The notes: a model not told the origin generated them from the sequence alone. A DNA stretch of 64,000 bases from Acutalibacteraceae bacterium (GCA_045595825.1 JAZOBD010000047.1:1772-65771), one strand, 5' to 3'. Counted from the stretch's first letter, positions 28,082 through 39,360 are shown. A program made the numbers and translations.

Positions 28082-29587
28082 ATGGCTTACTATTTTTCAG
28101 AACCGTCAAGAACATTCAGTGAATATCTTCTTGTGCCCGGTTATACATCAGAGCAGTGCATTCCTGCAAACGTAACCCTTAAAACACCGCTTGTAAAGTA
28201 CAGAAAGGGTCAGGAAGAGTCTGCGATCAATCTTAATATCCCCATGGTTTCCGCCATCATGCAGTCTGTTTCCAACGACACAATGGCAATTGCCCTTGCA
28301 CGTGAGGGCGGCATGTCCTTCATCTACGGCTCACAGACTATTGAAGACGAGGCAAAAATGGTTGCCAAGGTAAAGAATTACAAGGCAGGCTTTGTTGTCA
28401 GTGACTCCAACCTTAAACCCGACAGCACACTTGAAGATGTTCTCAATCTTCTCAACGAAAAGGGTCACAACACAATGCCTGTAACCGAAAACGGTCAGCC
28501 CAACGGCAAGCTTCTCGGTATTGTCACGGGCCGTGACTACCGTGTCAGCCGTATGCCTCTTGACCTCAAGGTTACTGAGTTTATGACTCCTCTTGACAAG
28601 CTTATCACAGCACCCGATACAACTCCTCTTAAAGATGCTAACGATATTATCTGGGAAAACAAGCTCAATTCTCTTCCCATTGTTGACAAAGACGGCAACC
28701 TTGTTTATATGGTTTTCCGTAAGGATTACTCACAGCACAAGGAAAATCCGCAGGAGCTTTTGGATGACAACAAGCGTTATATGGTCGGTGCAGGTATCAA
28801 TACCCTCGACTATGAAAGACGTGTTCCCGCCCTTGTTGAGGCAGGCGCAGACGTGCTTTGCATCGACTCGTCAGAGGGGTATACTGTCTGGCAGAAGAAA
28901 ACGCTTGACTTTATCCGTGAAAGATACGGCGACAGCGTAAAGGTCGGCGCAGGTAACGTTGTTGACCGTGACGGCTTTATGTTCCTTGCTGAGGCAGGTG
29001 CAGACTTTATCAAGGTCGGCATCGGCGGCGGCTCAATCTGCATCACCCGTGAGCAGAAGGGCATCGGCAGAGGTCAGGCAACCGCTCTTATTGAGGTTGC
29101 AGCCGCAAGAGACGAATACTTTGAAAAGACAGGCATTTACATTCCCATCTGCTCCGACGGCGGCATTGTTCATGACTATCACATGACACTTGCTCTTGCA
29201 ATGGGTGCTGACTTTATGATGCTCGGCAGATACTTTGCACGCTTTGATGAGAGCCCCACAAACAAGCTCAACATCAACGGCACTTATGTTAAAGAATACT
29301 GGGGTGAAGGCTCCAACCGTGCCCGTAACTGGCAACGTTATGACCTCGGCGGCAAGACAAAGCTTTCATTTGAAGAAGGTGTTGACTCTTATGTCGTTTA
29401 CGCAGGTCCCCTCAGAGATAATGTGGAAAAGAGCCTCTACAAGGTCAAATCAACAATGTGCAACTGCGGCGTGCTTACAATTCCCGAGTTGCAGAAAAAC
29501 GCAAAAATCACCCTTGTTTCCGCAACAAGTATTGTTGAGGGTGGCTACCACGACGTTATGCTCAAAACAACTGCAAATCCCGGTTAA
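28082..29587 (+). CDS. guaB: IMP dehydrogenase with CBS pair
   Basis: [19 protein letters not shown] (catalytic Cys), SDGGI and YWGEGS. Confidence 0.95.
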   Translation: MAYYFSEPSRTFSEYLLVPGYTSEQCIPANVTLKTPLVKYRKGQEESAINLNIPMVSAIMQSVSNDTMAIALAREGGMSFIYGSQTIEDEAKMVAKVKNYKAGFVVSDSNLKPDSTLEDVLNLLNEKGHNTMPVTENGQPNGKLLGIVTGRDYRVSRMPLDLKVTEFMTPLDKLITAPDTTPLKDANDIIWENKLNSLPIVDKDGNLVYMVFRKDYSQHKENPQELLDDNKRYMVGAGINTLDYERRVPALVEAGADVLCIDSSEGYTVWQKKTLDFIRERYGDSVKVGAGNVVDRDGFMFLAEAGADFIKVGIGGGSICITREQKGIGRGQATALIEVAAARDEYFEKTGIYIPICSDGGIVHDYHMTLALAMGADFMMLGRYFARFDESPTNKLNINGTYVKEYWGEGSNRARNWQRYDLGGKTKLSFEEGVDSYVVYAGPLRDNVEKSLYKVKSTMCNCGVLTIPELQKNAKITLVSATSIVEGGYHDVMLKTTANPG

Positions 29588-29591
29588 AATG

Positions 29592-29626
29592 AATGTGCTT
29601 CGGCTTTCGCCGAAGCACATTTTTTA
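29592..29626 (+). terminator. Terminator of the pur-guaB operon
   Basis: aatgtgcttcggc-tttc-gccgaagcacatt plus T tract. Confidence 0.85.
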
Positions 29627-29646
29627 TAATATTATAGAGATGTACC

Positions 29647-29683
29647 AAAAAAATCCCGCCTTCCGTGTTACGGAAAGCGGGAT
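29647..29683 (-). terminator. Terminator of the SLH phosphoesterase gene
   Basis: atcccgc...gcgggat imperfect stem with an A tract on the plus strand. Confidence 0.6.
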
Positions 29684-29698
29684 GAATTATTTTGCGGA

Positions 29699-32101
29699 TC
29701 AGCCTGCGTAGGGGCTCCATTCTTCGTAAATTTTGCCGTTGTAGGTGATTGTACCTGCAGTGTGTGAGGTTGTTGCTTCATAAAGTGAAACGTAGCCTGC
29801 AAAGTGCTCGTCAACGTCAGCAAAGTAATTTACGTTACCTTCCATACCGGATGTGACGTAAACCTTCTTGACAGAGCGGTTGAGAACGGCATTCATTGCG
29901 GTTACAAACTGAATTCTTGAAACGGTCAGGTCGGGGCAGAAGGTGCCGTCTGAGAAGCCGTGAATCCAGTTGTAATTGAGCGCAGTGTAGATAGACTCTG
30001 CATAATCACTTGCCGTAACGTCTGAATATTTTGAAGCGATGCTGTTGGTGTAGCAGATGCCTGTGAAGTTGGTGATAATCTTGCAAAGCTCGCCTCTGGT
30101 TACGCCGGTGTTGGGTCTGAAATATGTTGCACCGTCAGCGGCATAGGGTGTGCCGTCAAAAATTCCGGCGCCGTAAAGAGTCTTGACTGCGGTGATTTCT
30201 TCGGGTGAATAGTAAGTTGCGCCAAGGTCAGTGTAGGGGATTTCCGTGTTGGCATAGGCTGACTTTGTTGTGTCATCAAGCAGGTTGTAGACGGAAAGTG
30301 CAAGGTCAAGACGGCTTAAATTGTCGTTGGGCTTGAGGTATTCGCCGTTGATGACGTTAAGATATGCAACGTGGTCTGTTTTGAGTGAATATGCGGTGTT
30401 TGCCGTTGATGCAACAACCGTAATTGCGCAGGCTGCGCTGACGTAGCCTGTTGCTGAGGATTTGACCTTTGCCGTGATTGTGCAGGAGCCTGCACCGACG
30501 GGGGTGACAACGCCGTTTGAAACGGTTGCAACATTCCGGTTGTCCGATTCCCAGATAACGCTCTTATCATAAGTGCTTGTCGGGGTGACCGTTGCTTCAA
30601 GCACAAGATTTCGTCCGACTGTGAGTTTTGCTTCGTTGGTATTAAGCTCAATTCCGTTTGCATAAACCGTTGAAACATTTACAGTACAAGTGTCTGAAAC
30701 ACCGCTTGCGGCGGTTGCCGTGATTGTACACTCACCTTCGCCGACACCCGTTACGTAACCGCTTGAAGATACGGTTGCAACAGATTTATCGCTGGAAGTC
30801 CAGGTTACGCTTGTGTTTGTTACACCTGTGGGGGTGAAGATTGTTGAAAGGAGAGAGCCGCTGCCGGTGTTGATGTTGAGGTTATCCTGAACAATGTTGA
30901 TTGCTGTTGCAGGGACGTCAACAAATGAAAGGTTGTGGGTATATTCTGCAATATCCGTGTTGACGGTAAGTGAGGTTGAACTTGAATGCTGGGTGTACTG
31001 TGTGCCGAGGGGGCCGAAGTTTTTGCAGTCAAGAACAACTCTGTCCTCATAAACGTAAATAATGAGTGACTGATAAAGAACGGTTTCGTCAACAAAGCCG
31101 ATAACACTGCTTGACAGTGAACCGCTGTAATAACCCATTGAGCCCATGAATGCGGAAATAAAGCCGGGGTTTGCGGTTGCGGTTGTTGTTGCGTTGCCTG
31201 ACGAGTCAAGATAATACTGTGTTACACGCTGTGCAACCTCTGTTTTGTAGCAGGCGTTGTCCATCTGATGGTCGTGGCCGTAAACGTAAATGAGGTTGGG
31301 GTATTTTGCAAGCTTGCTTTTGAGCAGTGCATCTTCATTTGTAAGACCGTAGTTTGAACGCAATCCCTTTGAGTCGTTGAAGGGAATATGAGCAAGGAAA
31401 ATTACAAGTGCGTTGGGGTCACTGTCGTAAATTTCATCAACCTTGTCTGCGCACCAGTTCATAACCTCTGTGTTATATGTATAGTTGGTGTTGGTGTCAT
31501 AAAGGTGAGAACCTGCGTTCATAACAACGAAATGAATGGGCGTACCGTTGGAGCAGTACTGCTGATAGTGGTAAGCCAGAAGTACGTTGGAAAGGGCACT
31601 TGAAGAAGCAACTGCACCGTAATAAGCATCATCGGGTGTTCCCATGCCCTCGGTTTCGCTGAGCATCATATTGGTGTAATAATCGCCCGAGTTGTAACCG
31701 CTGCCTGCACTTTTACAAAGGTCGTATTCGTGGTTACCTGCAACGTAAAGAACGTTGTACTTGTTGGCAGGGTCACTGAATGCGTTGGGAAGCTTGGCTT
31801 TCAGTTCGTCACGGATGGCTTCCCAGGATTCCTGACTGTAATTGCTTGAGTAGTTACTCGCAATATCGCCGCCGACAAGAACCATATCAAGGTCTTCCGT
31901 AGCACCAAGCTTGTTGATTGTGTCCACAACGTTTGTTCTGAGGTTTGATGTGTTTGTGGCACAGTGAATGTCGGAAATGCAGCCGATTGTGTAAATCGGT
32001 TCGTCAGCCGCAGAAACAACAGGGGCACCGATTGCCAGACAGCAGGCAAGCAGTGTGAACACCATCATTAAAGAAACGGCAGATTTAAAAATCTTTTTCA
32101 T
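29699..32101 (-). CDS. S-layer-anchored calcineurin-like metallophosphoesterase with two Big_2 domains and SLH repeats
   Basis: Signal peptide; SDIH, GGD, GNHE and GHDH motifs; VTWTSSDKSVATV Ig repeats; FRPNTGVTRGE and FCPDLTVSRIQ SLH-like motifs. Confidence 0.85.
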   Translation of the reverse strand: MKKIFKSAVSLMMVFTLLACCLAIGAPVVSAADEPIYTIGCISDIHCATNTSNLRTNVVDTINKLGATEDLDMVLVGGDIASNYSSNYSQESWEAIRDELKAKLPNAFSDPANKYNVLYVAGNHEYDLCKSAGSGYNSGDYYTNMMLSETEGMGTPDDAYYGAVASSSALSNVLLAYHYQQYCSNGTPIHFVVMNAGSHLYDTNTNYTYNTEVMNWCADKVDEIYDSDPNALVIFLAHIPFNDSKGLRSNYGLTNEDALLKSKLAKYPNLIYVYGHDHQMDNACYKTEVAQRVTQYYLDSSGNATTTATANPGFISAFMGSMGYYSGSLSSSVIGFVDETVLYQSLIIYVYEDRVVLDCKNFGPLGTQYTQHSSSTSLTVNTDIAEYTHNLSFVDVPATAINIVQDNLNINTGSGSLLSTIFTPTGVTNTSVTWTSSDKSVATVSSSGYVTGVGEGECTITATAASGVSDTCTVNVSTVYANGIELNTNEAKLTVGRNLVLEATVTPTSTYDKSVIWESDNRNVATVSNGVVTPVGAGSCTITAKVKSSATGYVSAACAITVVASTANTAYSLKTDHVAYLNVINGEYLKPNDNLSRLDLALSVYNLLDDTTKSAYANTEIPYTDLGATYYSPEEITAVKTLYGAGIFDGTPYAADGATYFRPNTGVTRGELCKIITNFTGICYTNSIASKYSDVTASDYAESIYTALNYNWIHGFSDGTFCPDLTVSRIQFVTAMNAVLNRSVKKVYVTSGMEGNVNYFADVDEHFAGYVSLYEATTSHTAGTITYNGKIYEEWSPYAG

Positions 32102-32316
32102 ACAGCAATTCTCCTTTCAAAAAACGCTGTTGTGCATATTATACATAGAAATTATATAACTATTTATATTAAAGTCAAGCATAAATAAAATAAAAAGTAT
32201 TTATTTTCTATTTACTTTACAAATAATATATGTTAATATAAATTGAGATTATTTTATCCTGAGTAATTGGTCATCTTGACCTTTGAGTTTTTACGTGTTT
32301 AAGGAGGTAATAAATC

Positions 32317-35300
32317 ATGAAAAAACTCACAAAAATTTTAGCCGTGCTGCTCAGCGTAGCTGTTGCTGTGTGCTCACTTCCGTTCGGCGCTTTTGCTGCG
32401 GATTACTCACAGACAGTTAGCAACGAGGGCAGATACGGTATGAAGGACTCTCTCGGTTATGCACTTACCGAGATGGTTGACGGCCACATCCTTGAAGAAA
32501 CCGTTGTCACCACAACCGAAACGGTTAAGGATTTGCCCGGCGTTTCTATGTTTGAAAGAAAAACGGGCTCACTTGTGGACGGCAAGAATTACGTTATCGT
32601 TACAACTACCGATGTACGTTCACTCTCCGCTGACGGCAACGGCTCCGCATCGCCCGTCGGCTATGCTGTCGGTGTCACCGGCACAAGCACAAAGGTAACA
32701 ACCGCAAGCGTTACCGATGAGTGGACAGACAATGTAATAGTGACTGATGATTTTACTTATGTCTGGAAATGGAATGCTGCCACAAGGACGTTCACAAACG
32801 TCGCAGACAGCAGTCTTTATCTCGGTATGGACGGCAGCGTTATGTCAACAGCCGCACAGACTGCTTGGACTGTGACCGAAACCGCAAATGCCGTTAACGG
32901 TCTTAATGCCTACACTTTCTACGGCAATAACGGCAGCGGCGATTACTATATGCGCTACCAGTACCATTCATCTTCCGGCGGCGAGGTTGTCCGTGTTTCG
33001 GGTACTGCTGCAAACTTCTTTGTTTTTGAAGAGGTACAGTATCCCTCCGGCTCTGAGAAGGCTTATTTCAGAACCGATGACGCTTTCGTCAACGGCGAAG
33101 AATATATGCTTGTTACCACCACGGCAAGTTCAGCAGGCGGTTCAACTGTAACCGGCTATCAGCGAATGACAGGCGATGCTCTTGTAAACGGCACGTCATA
33201 CATTATCGCTACAACAAATACAAGTGCCCGTGCGATGATTCTCAACGGCACAGGTATTGCAAGGTCCGGTGACTATATAAATTCAGGCTCTGCTTCTACA
33301 CTTTCCCTTGATGTTATTGATGACACAATGCTGTGGACTTATAATAACGGTTCTTTTCAAAATGTAAGCAATCCGGCTCGTTATCTTACAAACAGCGGCA
33401 ACAATGCTCTTACTACCGGCACTTCGGCAACAACCTGGACTGTCAGCCCTAACGGTGAAAATTACAGAATTTACCGTACTGTCAGTAACCAAGCCCGTTA
33501 CATTCAGTATGCCAGCAATACTTTTTCGCTGACCACAACCAGCACAAATCTTCACATTTATGAACCGATTGTTGAAACAACTGTCGGCGGCGAAGTTGAA
33601 AGCTCAACCGGTTATGCTCTCAACATCAGCGGTTCAACCGTTGGCGTAACATCCTCTGCCGTAACTCAGGGCTGGGGCAATGATGTTATTGTCTCCTCCG
33701 ATTCAGCTTCTGCATGGGTTTACAACAACGGCGTTTTCACCAACGTTTCAGACCCCTCCAAGACCCTTACTGTCGGTGGCGCATCCACATGGAACGGCAC
33801 TGCAACAAAAAATGCGGTAAACGGTTCTGTTACCGGTTATACACTTGCTTCCGGCTCAAGCTATCTTGATTATGAAGACGGCTCTGTCACTACCTCCTCA
33901 GAGCCCTACTATTTCATGGCTTATCAGGAAAAGTCTTATCCCGTTGCGGGCGGTACGGAAACGATAGTTGCAGAAACTGAAAACTTTGACATTGAAAGCG
34001 GCGAAAACTACGCAATTCTCGGCTTTGCAAACACAGCCCCCAATGCGCAGACCGCACATGGTGCCCTTACCAACAATATGGAAGAGGCAATTAACGGTGT
34101 TCAGTATTACTTCGGTTATACAGGCAGCGGCAGTAACGTTTCAACGGATGCTTTTGCCTGGGATATCAGAATTACCGAAGGTGCAAGAAACGGTATTACC
34201 GCATACAGCTTCTACGATAATGACGAAGAATACAACGTCCGTTATCAGTATAACAACGGCAGTGTCGTTGTACGCATTTCAGGTACACAGTGTTATTTCT
34301 TCGTGTTTGAAGAGACAGTTGAAAACGGCACTACGGTATTCAAGAGAATCGATACCGAGCTTACACCCGGTAAAAAATACATAATCGTTACCACCAACAA
34401 CGCAACAAGCTCTGACAGCACAGGTGTTACCGGCAGCGGTAACGCAATCTGTATCAATAACGGTGCAGTTTCCTACACCTCATCAAACGTAACGACAAAC
34501 TATGCCGACACAATCACAACCTGGGATGATTCTTATGTATTCCTTTATACCCCGGAAGGCTATTTTGCAAGCATGGACGGCGTTACCTATGACACCGCAC
34601 TTGCTGCTGACACAACTCCCACGTTTGACTCAGGCATCAGTCGTCTTGTTGACGGTGACCAGCCTGTTGACGATTTCACCTTCACAAAGGTTGATGACGG
34701 TTGGTATGTTTCTTACACAGAAAACGGCACAACCTATTACCTCAACATTTCATCAACTCAGGCAAGCTTTTCGACAACTCCTCAGGTGCTTGCAATCGAC
34801 ACCGCGGCAACTGCATCGACAGATGTTCCCTGCATCAGAATTTCAGATGCTTCAAAAACCAATTATCTCGCATATAACGGCACAACCTACGGCGTTTCAA
34901 CAAGCGCAACATCCGCAGAAACCGCACTTTATCCTTACGCCGAGGCACAGTTCCCCGTTGGCGAGGAATATTATGTTGAAATCGTTTACAACGGCGCTAT
35001 CATCAGCCAGACACTCCGCTGGATTGCTAATGTAACCGCCGCCGACACACGTCAGTTCGAATACGCAACCAACATTGATACAACTGACGCAAACACTTCG
35101 GTTATCTGGTCGATTGACGAACAGTATGACGTTGACGGTAACCTTATTACGGAAGCTGAAAAATCAATCGCAAGCATTAACGACAGTGGTTTTGCTTCTT
35201 TCACCGGTAACGAAGGTACAATCATTGTGAAGGTTTCCGTTGAATCTGCAATTGACTCAACCGGTGAAATCAGCTACGTTGCAACAGACTATATCAAGAT

Positions 35301-38300
35301 TATTGTTTCTGCCGGCGACATTCCTCCGCTGACAGATACATCTGACCACACAAACTTCCCCGAATATCCCAATGAAGGTTCCGTTTCAATTGATAAGTTC
35401 ATCAGCGAAAGCAACAATTTCTTCAGTGACGGTCTTCTTCAGCTTGATCTTGAAGTAACGGGCGTTCCCAAGAATGCGGGCGTTGACGTTGTTGTCGTTG
35501 TTGACTTCTCATCAAGTATGCTTAAAAACTACGTTTCCGGTGACGGAAGCACGGACCTTTCAACCAATAACCGTCTTATTTCCGCCGTCAACTCAACAAA
35601 CCTTTTCATTGATCAGGTTCTTGCGGCAAACGAAGACGGCTCCGCTTCCAACAACCGTGTTGCGGTTGTCCGTTTCTCACCCAACGGTGTTGCTGACCCC
35701 GCACTTAGCACAAACGGCAGCTACGGCTCAACGTCAGATTATGAAGACGGTTATGTTACACCGATGACCTCTGCCGCTGTCAACTGGAACAATATGGAAC
35801 ACGTCATTTCCGGCTTCGTCGGTGCTGACGAAAAGGCATCTCTCAAATCAAAGGTTTCCGCACTTCTGACCGAGGGTCAGGCCAGCGGTACAAACTATGA
35901 CGCAGGTCTCTGGTATGCAAAGCAACTCCTTGAAGAAGCTTACACCCCTGAACGCCAGCAGTTTGTTGTTTTCCTCAGTGACGGTAAACCCACACAGTAT
36001 AACAACAGAAGCTGGGAAAGTTCCAACAACAGCGCAAGCCAGGGTACAAGCGAGATCAACCTTTTGTTCTACCGTGAAATCGGTGCGTATAAGTTTGCAA
36101 CCAAGGGTCTTACCGCACTCAACGATCCAAGCGAGGTTGTCGGTTACGTTGAAGCGACGGGTGATTCTTCAGAAAAGTACTATGCCGATTACGGTGCAGG
36201 CCCCAGACCTCACGACCTTTCAGAGGCAATCAAAACAATGGGCGCAACCCTTTACACCATTGCATTCGACGTTCTTGAAACGTCTTCCGGTCTTGATGAC
36301 AACTACTATTTCACAGCCGCTCAGGCTATGGAAATTCTCAAGAAAATGGCATCTGTTGACGAAGCGGGTAATCCTCTTTCCTACAACGTTGCTTCAACCA
36401 ACGAGCTTGTCGGACTTCTTGGTGACATCGCCGGTGCAATCAAGCAGGCGGGTACAAGAGCTTATGTTGAAGATATCATCGGTTCAAACTTTGAGCTTCA
36501 GTATAAACCCGTACAGCTTCGTAACACAAACGAATACTTTACCCCTGAAATCACAATAACCAACTATCCGCTCAACGCTGACGGCACCCGTGATAAAGCG
36601 AATGCAACCATTATTGAATCTGTCAGATTTGAATATGATTCAGGCTCGGATACCTATTCCGCTTATTCATCAATTCTCGGTGATGACGTCAATATCCTCA
36701 GCTACACCGACGGTGTTGAGGCTGACGGTGTGATTACGGCAAGCAAGTTCACCTATAACTTTGCAACCCGGAAATTCAACTGGAACATCGGTGATATTAC
36801 ATCCGATCTGATTGTCCTTTCATACGATATTTATCTTACAGGCTCAGTGGAAGGCGAGGTTGAATCAGGTACATACGACACCAACCAATCAGCAATTCTT
36901 TATTATTACAATTACCTTGATAACCTTTGCTCGCTCACATTCCCCGTGCCTCAGGCTGTATGGGGTCAGGCAAAGATAAGCTACCAGTTCTACCTCGTAA
37001 ACGAGCAGGGTAAACCCGTTAACACAAAGGGTCAGGTAGTTCCTTTTGCCAACAGAGTTATTGTTGTTCCCGAGCAGGTTTACGCCACGGTCCTTCTCAA
37101 TGAACAGACGGTTACTCTGGACGCTATCTTCCTTGCTGCGGGCGACGTTCTTCCCGACGGATACACAATTTACACAAAGAACAATATTGATCCCGGCTAT
37201 GCTCTTTACACAGACTCTGCCGATATGGGCGGCGACGTTCTCTGGAGCAAATCCGAAACAATCGGTGACGCCGTTGTCGAATACAGAGGCGGTTCAAAGG
37301 GTATTGCACAGATGGGTACGTTCAACGACCTTGCTGTTGCGTTCCCGGTTCTGTTCAGCATCTCCGCATACCCCGACATTGTTGTTGCCGACTACGGTCT
37401 GCCCATCAACATCAATGTCATTGCAAACGACCTTGGCGTTGACAATGCAATTTACGGCCTCGGCACACAGGAAGCTGTTCTTCCCTCAGGTTCAACAACA
37501 TTCACAACTTCTCCCTATACGTCTGATGAAATCACACTCACAACACTGCGCAACGGTAATACGGTAACGTCAGGCAAGGCGGAACTTTACACACCGTCAA
37601 ACTCCAACACCAAGATGGTAAGATATACAATGGCAACTGATCTTGACCACGTTGAAACCTTCTGGTACGGCGCAGGTAATGCTGTTGAATCGAAATATGT
37701 CACAAGCTATGTCAAGGTTATTCCCGCAACCACCGTTTATTATGAGGATAACTTCGCATACGGCGACAGTTCGTGGATTGAATATGTCGGTGACTGGACT
37801 GCAACGGGCACACAGTCGCCCACACAAAACGGCACGCAGGATACCGACAGACCCGGTGCAGACAACAGATACGACGACGCAAATAATAACTACAACTACG
37901 ACAGCTCCTACACGGATTACAACACTTACAGCTACGGCTCTGCACACTTTGCAACCGAAACCGAAGAAAACGGCAGCAATCATTATGTTCAGTTCTGCTT
38001 CTCGGGCACGGGCTTTGATGTCATCAGCCGTACCAATAACGACACGGGTTATGTGATTGTTTGGGTGTATGACACCAACGGCACAGACTCGACCGCAGAC
38101 GATAAACTTGCATCCAAGCAGGTTATCGACACCTACTATTCATCCGGTGATCTTTATCAGATTCCCGTCATCAACTGCTACGACCTGCCTTATGCACGCT
38201 ACCGTGTAAAGATTGGTGTCGTTCACAGTGAGATTCTTGCCGACACGGATGAGGGTAACTACACCTTCTACATTGATGCTGTCAAGGTTTACAATCCCGT

Positions 38301-39360
38301 TGATCCCTTCGGCGATGATAAAGAGGTTGCTACCGACGCTTACATTGCCGACAACGAGGCATTTACAACAACGCTTGAAATGCGTGATATCCTTATTTCG
38401 CAGGATAACACAGTCCAGTCGGGCACTGACGGCGGCGTTGTTTACATCGACGGCAGCACAACGCAGGAGATCGGTGAGCACACAAATCAGCTTGACAGAC
38501 TCATCGGCAGCGATGACGATTCAAAGCTTGCTCTGCTCAACGCTCTTACCTTTGCAAACGCAGGTCCCAACAATGAGGTTTATGTCGGCCCCGGTCAGAC
38601 AATTGCATTTAAGATTGCGGGTAACAACCTCAACAAGATAACGTCTGTTCAGCTCGGTGCAAAGGCTCCTGAGGGCGCTGCGGCAAATATGGTTGTTTCT
38701 TACATTGCCGTTTCGGGCGAAACAAGAAACACCTACACCCAGACTCTTGCCGTTAACAGAGAGATTGCAACTGCAACCGATATGTATTACAACATCACAC
38801 CTGCTGTTTCAATCGACCGTGACAGCGACAGTTCAGCAACCAAGACAAAGACAATCGTCATCACCAACACAGGCGACGGAATTCTTGCTTTGTCAAACCT
38901 CAAAATTGCAACCGCATCTGCTCTCGGCACATCAACATCCAACTCCGAAACAGACGAAGAGTTTGTAATTGAAGCTGTTCTCAATGCGGCTTCCATGGGA
39001 CTTAACAATTACGGCGAGGCACTTGTTGCTTCTTATCTGCTTACCGTTTCAGATGAAAATGCAACTGCGGGCAGTGTGTTCACTTATACTGTCGGCAATG
39101 AGCCCAATGCCGAAAAACCCGAAAAGCCCGAAAATCCCGATAAGCCCGACAACACGGATAAACCTGGCGCAACCGATAAACCCGTCGATTCAGATGACTC
39201 AGAAACTCCCGAGCCTCCTCAGGAGCCTGAAAAAGCTCCTGAAAACGCACACAACGGTATTCTTAACAAGATTATTGATGCAATTATCGGCGTGTTCAGT
39301 TACATCTGGAATTTCATCAAGCCTTTGGTAACGGGTGCGTTCCAAAAGTTTTCGCTTTGA
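32317..39360 (+). CDS. Very large secreted vWA-domain adhesin-like protein (2347 aa)
   Basis: Signal peptide; repeated GxxYxIvtt modules; vWA MIDAS DFSSS...SGTNY...FLSDG; Pro/Glu/Lys linker; amphipathic tail without LPXTG. Confidence 0.8.
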   Translation: MKKLTKILAVLLSVAVAVCSLPFGAFAADYSQTVSNEGRYGMKDSLGYALTEMVDGHILEETVVTTTETVKDLPGVSMFERKTGSLVDGKNYVIVTTTDVRSLSADGNGSASPVGYAVGVTGTSTKVTTASVTDEWTDNVIVTDDFTYVWKWNAATRTFTNVADSSLYLGMDGSVMSTAAQTAWTVTETANAVNGLNAYTFYGNNGSGDYYMRYQYHSSSGGEVVRVSGTAANFFVFEEVQYPSGSEKAYFRTDDAFVNGEEYMLVTTTASSAGGSTVTGYQRMTGDALVNGTSYIIATTNTSARAMILNGTGIARSGDYINSGSASTLSLDVIDDTMLWTYNNGSFQNVSNPARYLTNSGNNALTTGTSATTWTVSPNGENYRIYRTVSNQARYIQYASNTFSLTTTSTNLHIYEPIVETTVGGEVESSTGYALNISGSTVGVTSSAVTQGWGNDVIVSSDSASAWVYNNGVFTNVSDPSKTLTVGGASTWNGTATKNAVNGSVTGYTLASGSSYLDYEDGSVTTSSEPYYFMAYQEKSYPVAGGTETIVAETENFDIESGENYAILGFANTAPNAQTAHGALTNNMEEAINGVQYYFGYTGSGSNVSTDAFAWDIRITEGARNGITAYSFYDNDEEYNVRYQYNNGSVVVRISGTQCYFFVFEETVENGTTVFKRIDTELTPGKKYIIVTTNNATSSDSTGVTGSGNAICINNGAVSYTSSNVTTNYADTITTWDDSYVFLYTPEGYFASMDGVTYDTALAADTTPTFDSGISRLVDGDQPVDDFTFTKVDDGWYVSYTENGTTYYLNISSTQASFSTTPQVLAIDTAATASTDVPCIRISDASKTNYLAYNGTTYGVSTSATSAETALYPYAEAQFPVGEEYYVEIVYNGAIISQTLRWIANVTAADTRQFEYATNIDTTDANTSVIWSIDEQYDVDGNLITEAEKSIASINDSGFASFTGNEGTIIVKVSVESAIDSTGEISYVATDYIKIIVSAGDIPPLTDTSDHTNFPEYPNEGSVSIDKFISESNNFFSDGLLQLDLEVTGVPKNAGVDVVVVVDFSSSMLKNYVSGDGSTDLSTNNRLISAVNSTNLFIDQVLAANEDGSASNNRVAVVRFSPNGVADPALSTNGSYGSTSDYEDGYVTPMTSAAVNWNNMEHVISGFVGADEKASLKSKVSALLTEGQASGTNYDAGLWYAKQLLEEAYTPERQQFVVFLSDGKPTQYNNRSWESSNNSASQGTSEINLLFYREIGAYKFATKGLTALNDPSEVVGYVEATGDSSEKYYADYGAGPRPHDLSEAIKTMGATLYTIAFDVLETSSGLDDNYYFTAAQAMEILKKMASVDEAGNPLSYNVASTNELVGLLGDIAGAIKQAGTRAYVEDIIGSNFELQYKPVQLRNTNEYFTPEITITNYPLNADGTRDKANATIIESVRFEYDSGSDTYSAYSSILGDDVNILSYTDGVEADGVITASKFTYNFATRKFNWNIGDITSDLIVLSYDIYLTGSVEGEVESGTYDTNQSAILYYYNYLDNLCSLTFPVPQAVWGQAKISYQFYLVNEQGKPVNTKGQVVPFANRVIVVPEQVYATVLLNEQTVTLDAIFLAAGDVLPDGYTIYTKNNIDPGYALYTDSADMGGDVLWSKSETIGDAVVEYRGGSKGIAQMGTFNDLAVAFPVLFSISAYPDIVVADYGLPININVIANDLGVDNAIYGLGTQEAVLPSGSTTFTTSPYTSDEITLTTLRNGNTVTSGKAELYTPSNSNTKMVRYTMATDLDHVETFWYGAGNAVESKYVTSYVKVIPATTVYYEDNFAYGDSSWIEYVGDWTATGTQSPTQNGTQDTDRPGADNRYDDANNNYNYDSSYTDYNTYSYGSAHFATETEENGSNHYVQFCFSGTGFDVISRTNNDTGYVIVWVYDTNGTDSTADDKLASKQVIDTYYSSGDLYQIPVINCYDLPYARYRVKIGVVHSEILADTDEGNYTFYIDAVKVYNPVDPFGDDKEVATDAYIADNEAFTTTLEMRDILISQDNTVQSGTDGGVVYIDGSTTQEIGEHTNQLDRLIGSDDDSKLALLNALTFANAGPNNEVYVGPGQTIAFKIAGNNLNKITSVQLGAKAPEGAAANMVVSYIAVSGETRNTYTQTLAVNREIATATDMYYNITPAVSIDRDSDSSATKTKTIVITNTGDGILALSNLKIATASALGTSTSNSETDEEFVIEAVLNAASMGLNNYGEALVASYLLTVSDENATAGSVFTYTVGNEPNAEKPEKPENPDKPDNTDKPGATDKPVDSDDSETPEPPQEPEKAPENAHNGILNKIIDAIIGVFSYIWNFIKPLVTGAFQKFSL

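Noticed and set aside
17137-29335. Antisense and alternate-frame ORFs across the pur operon
   Set aside because: Expected by-products of biased codon usage in long housekeeping genes.
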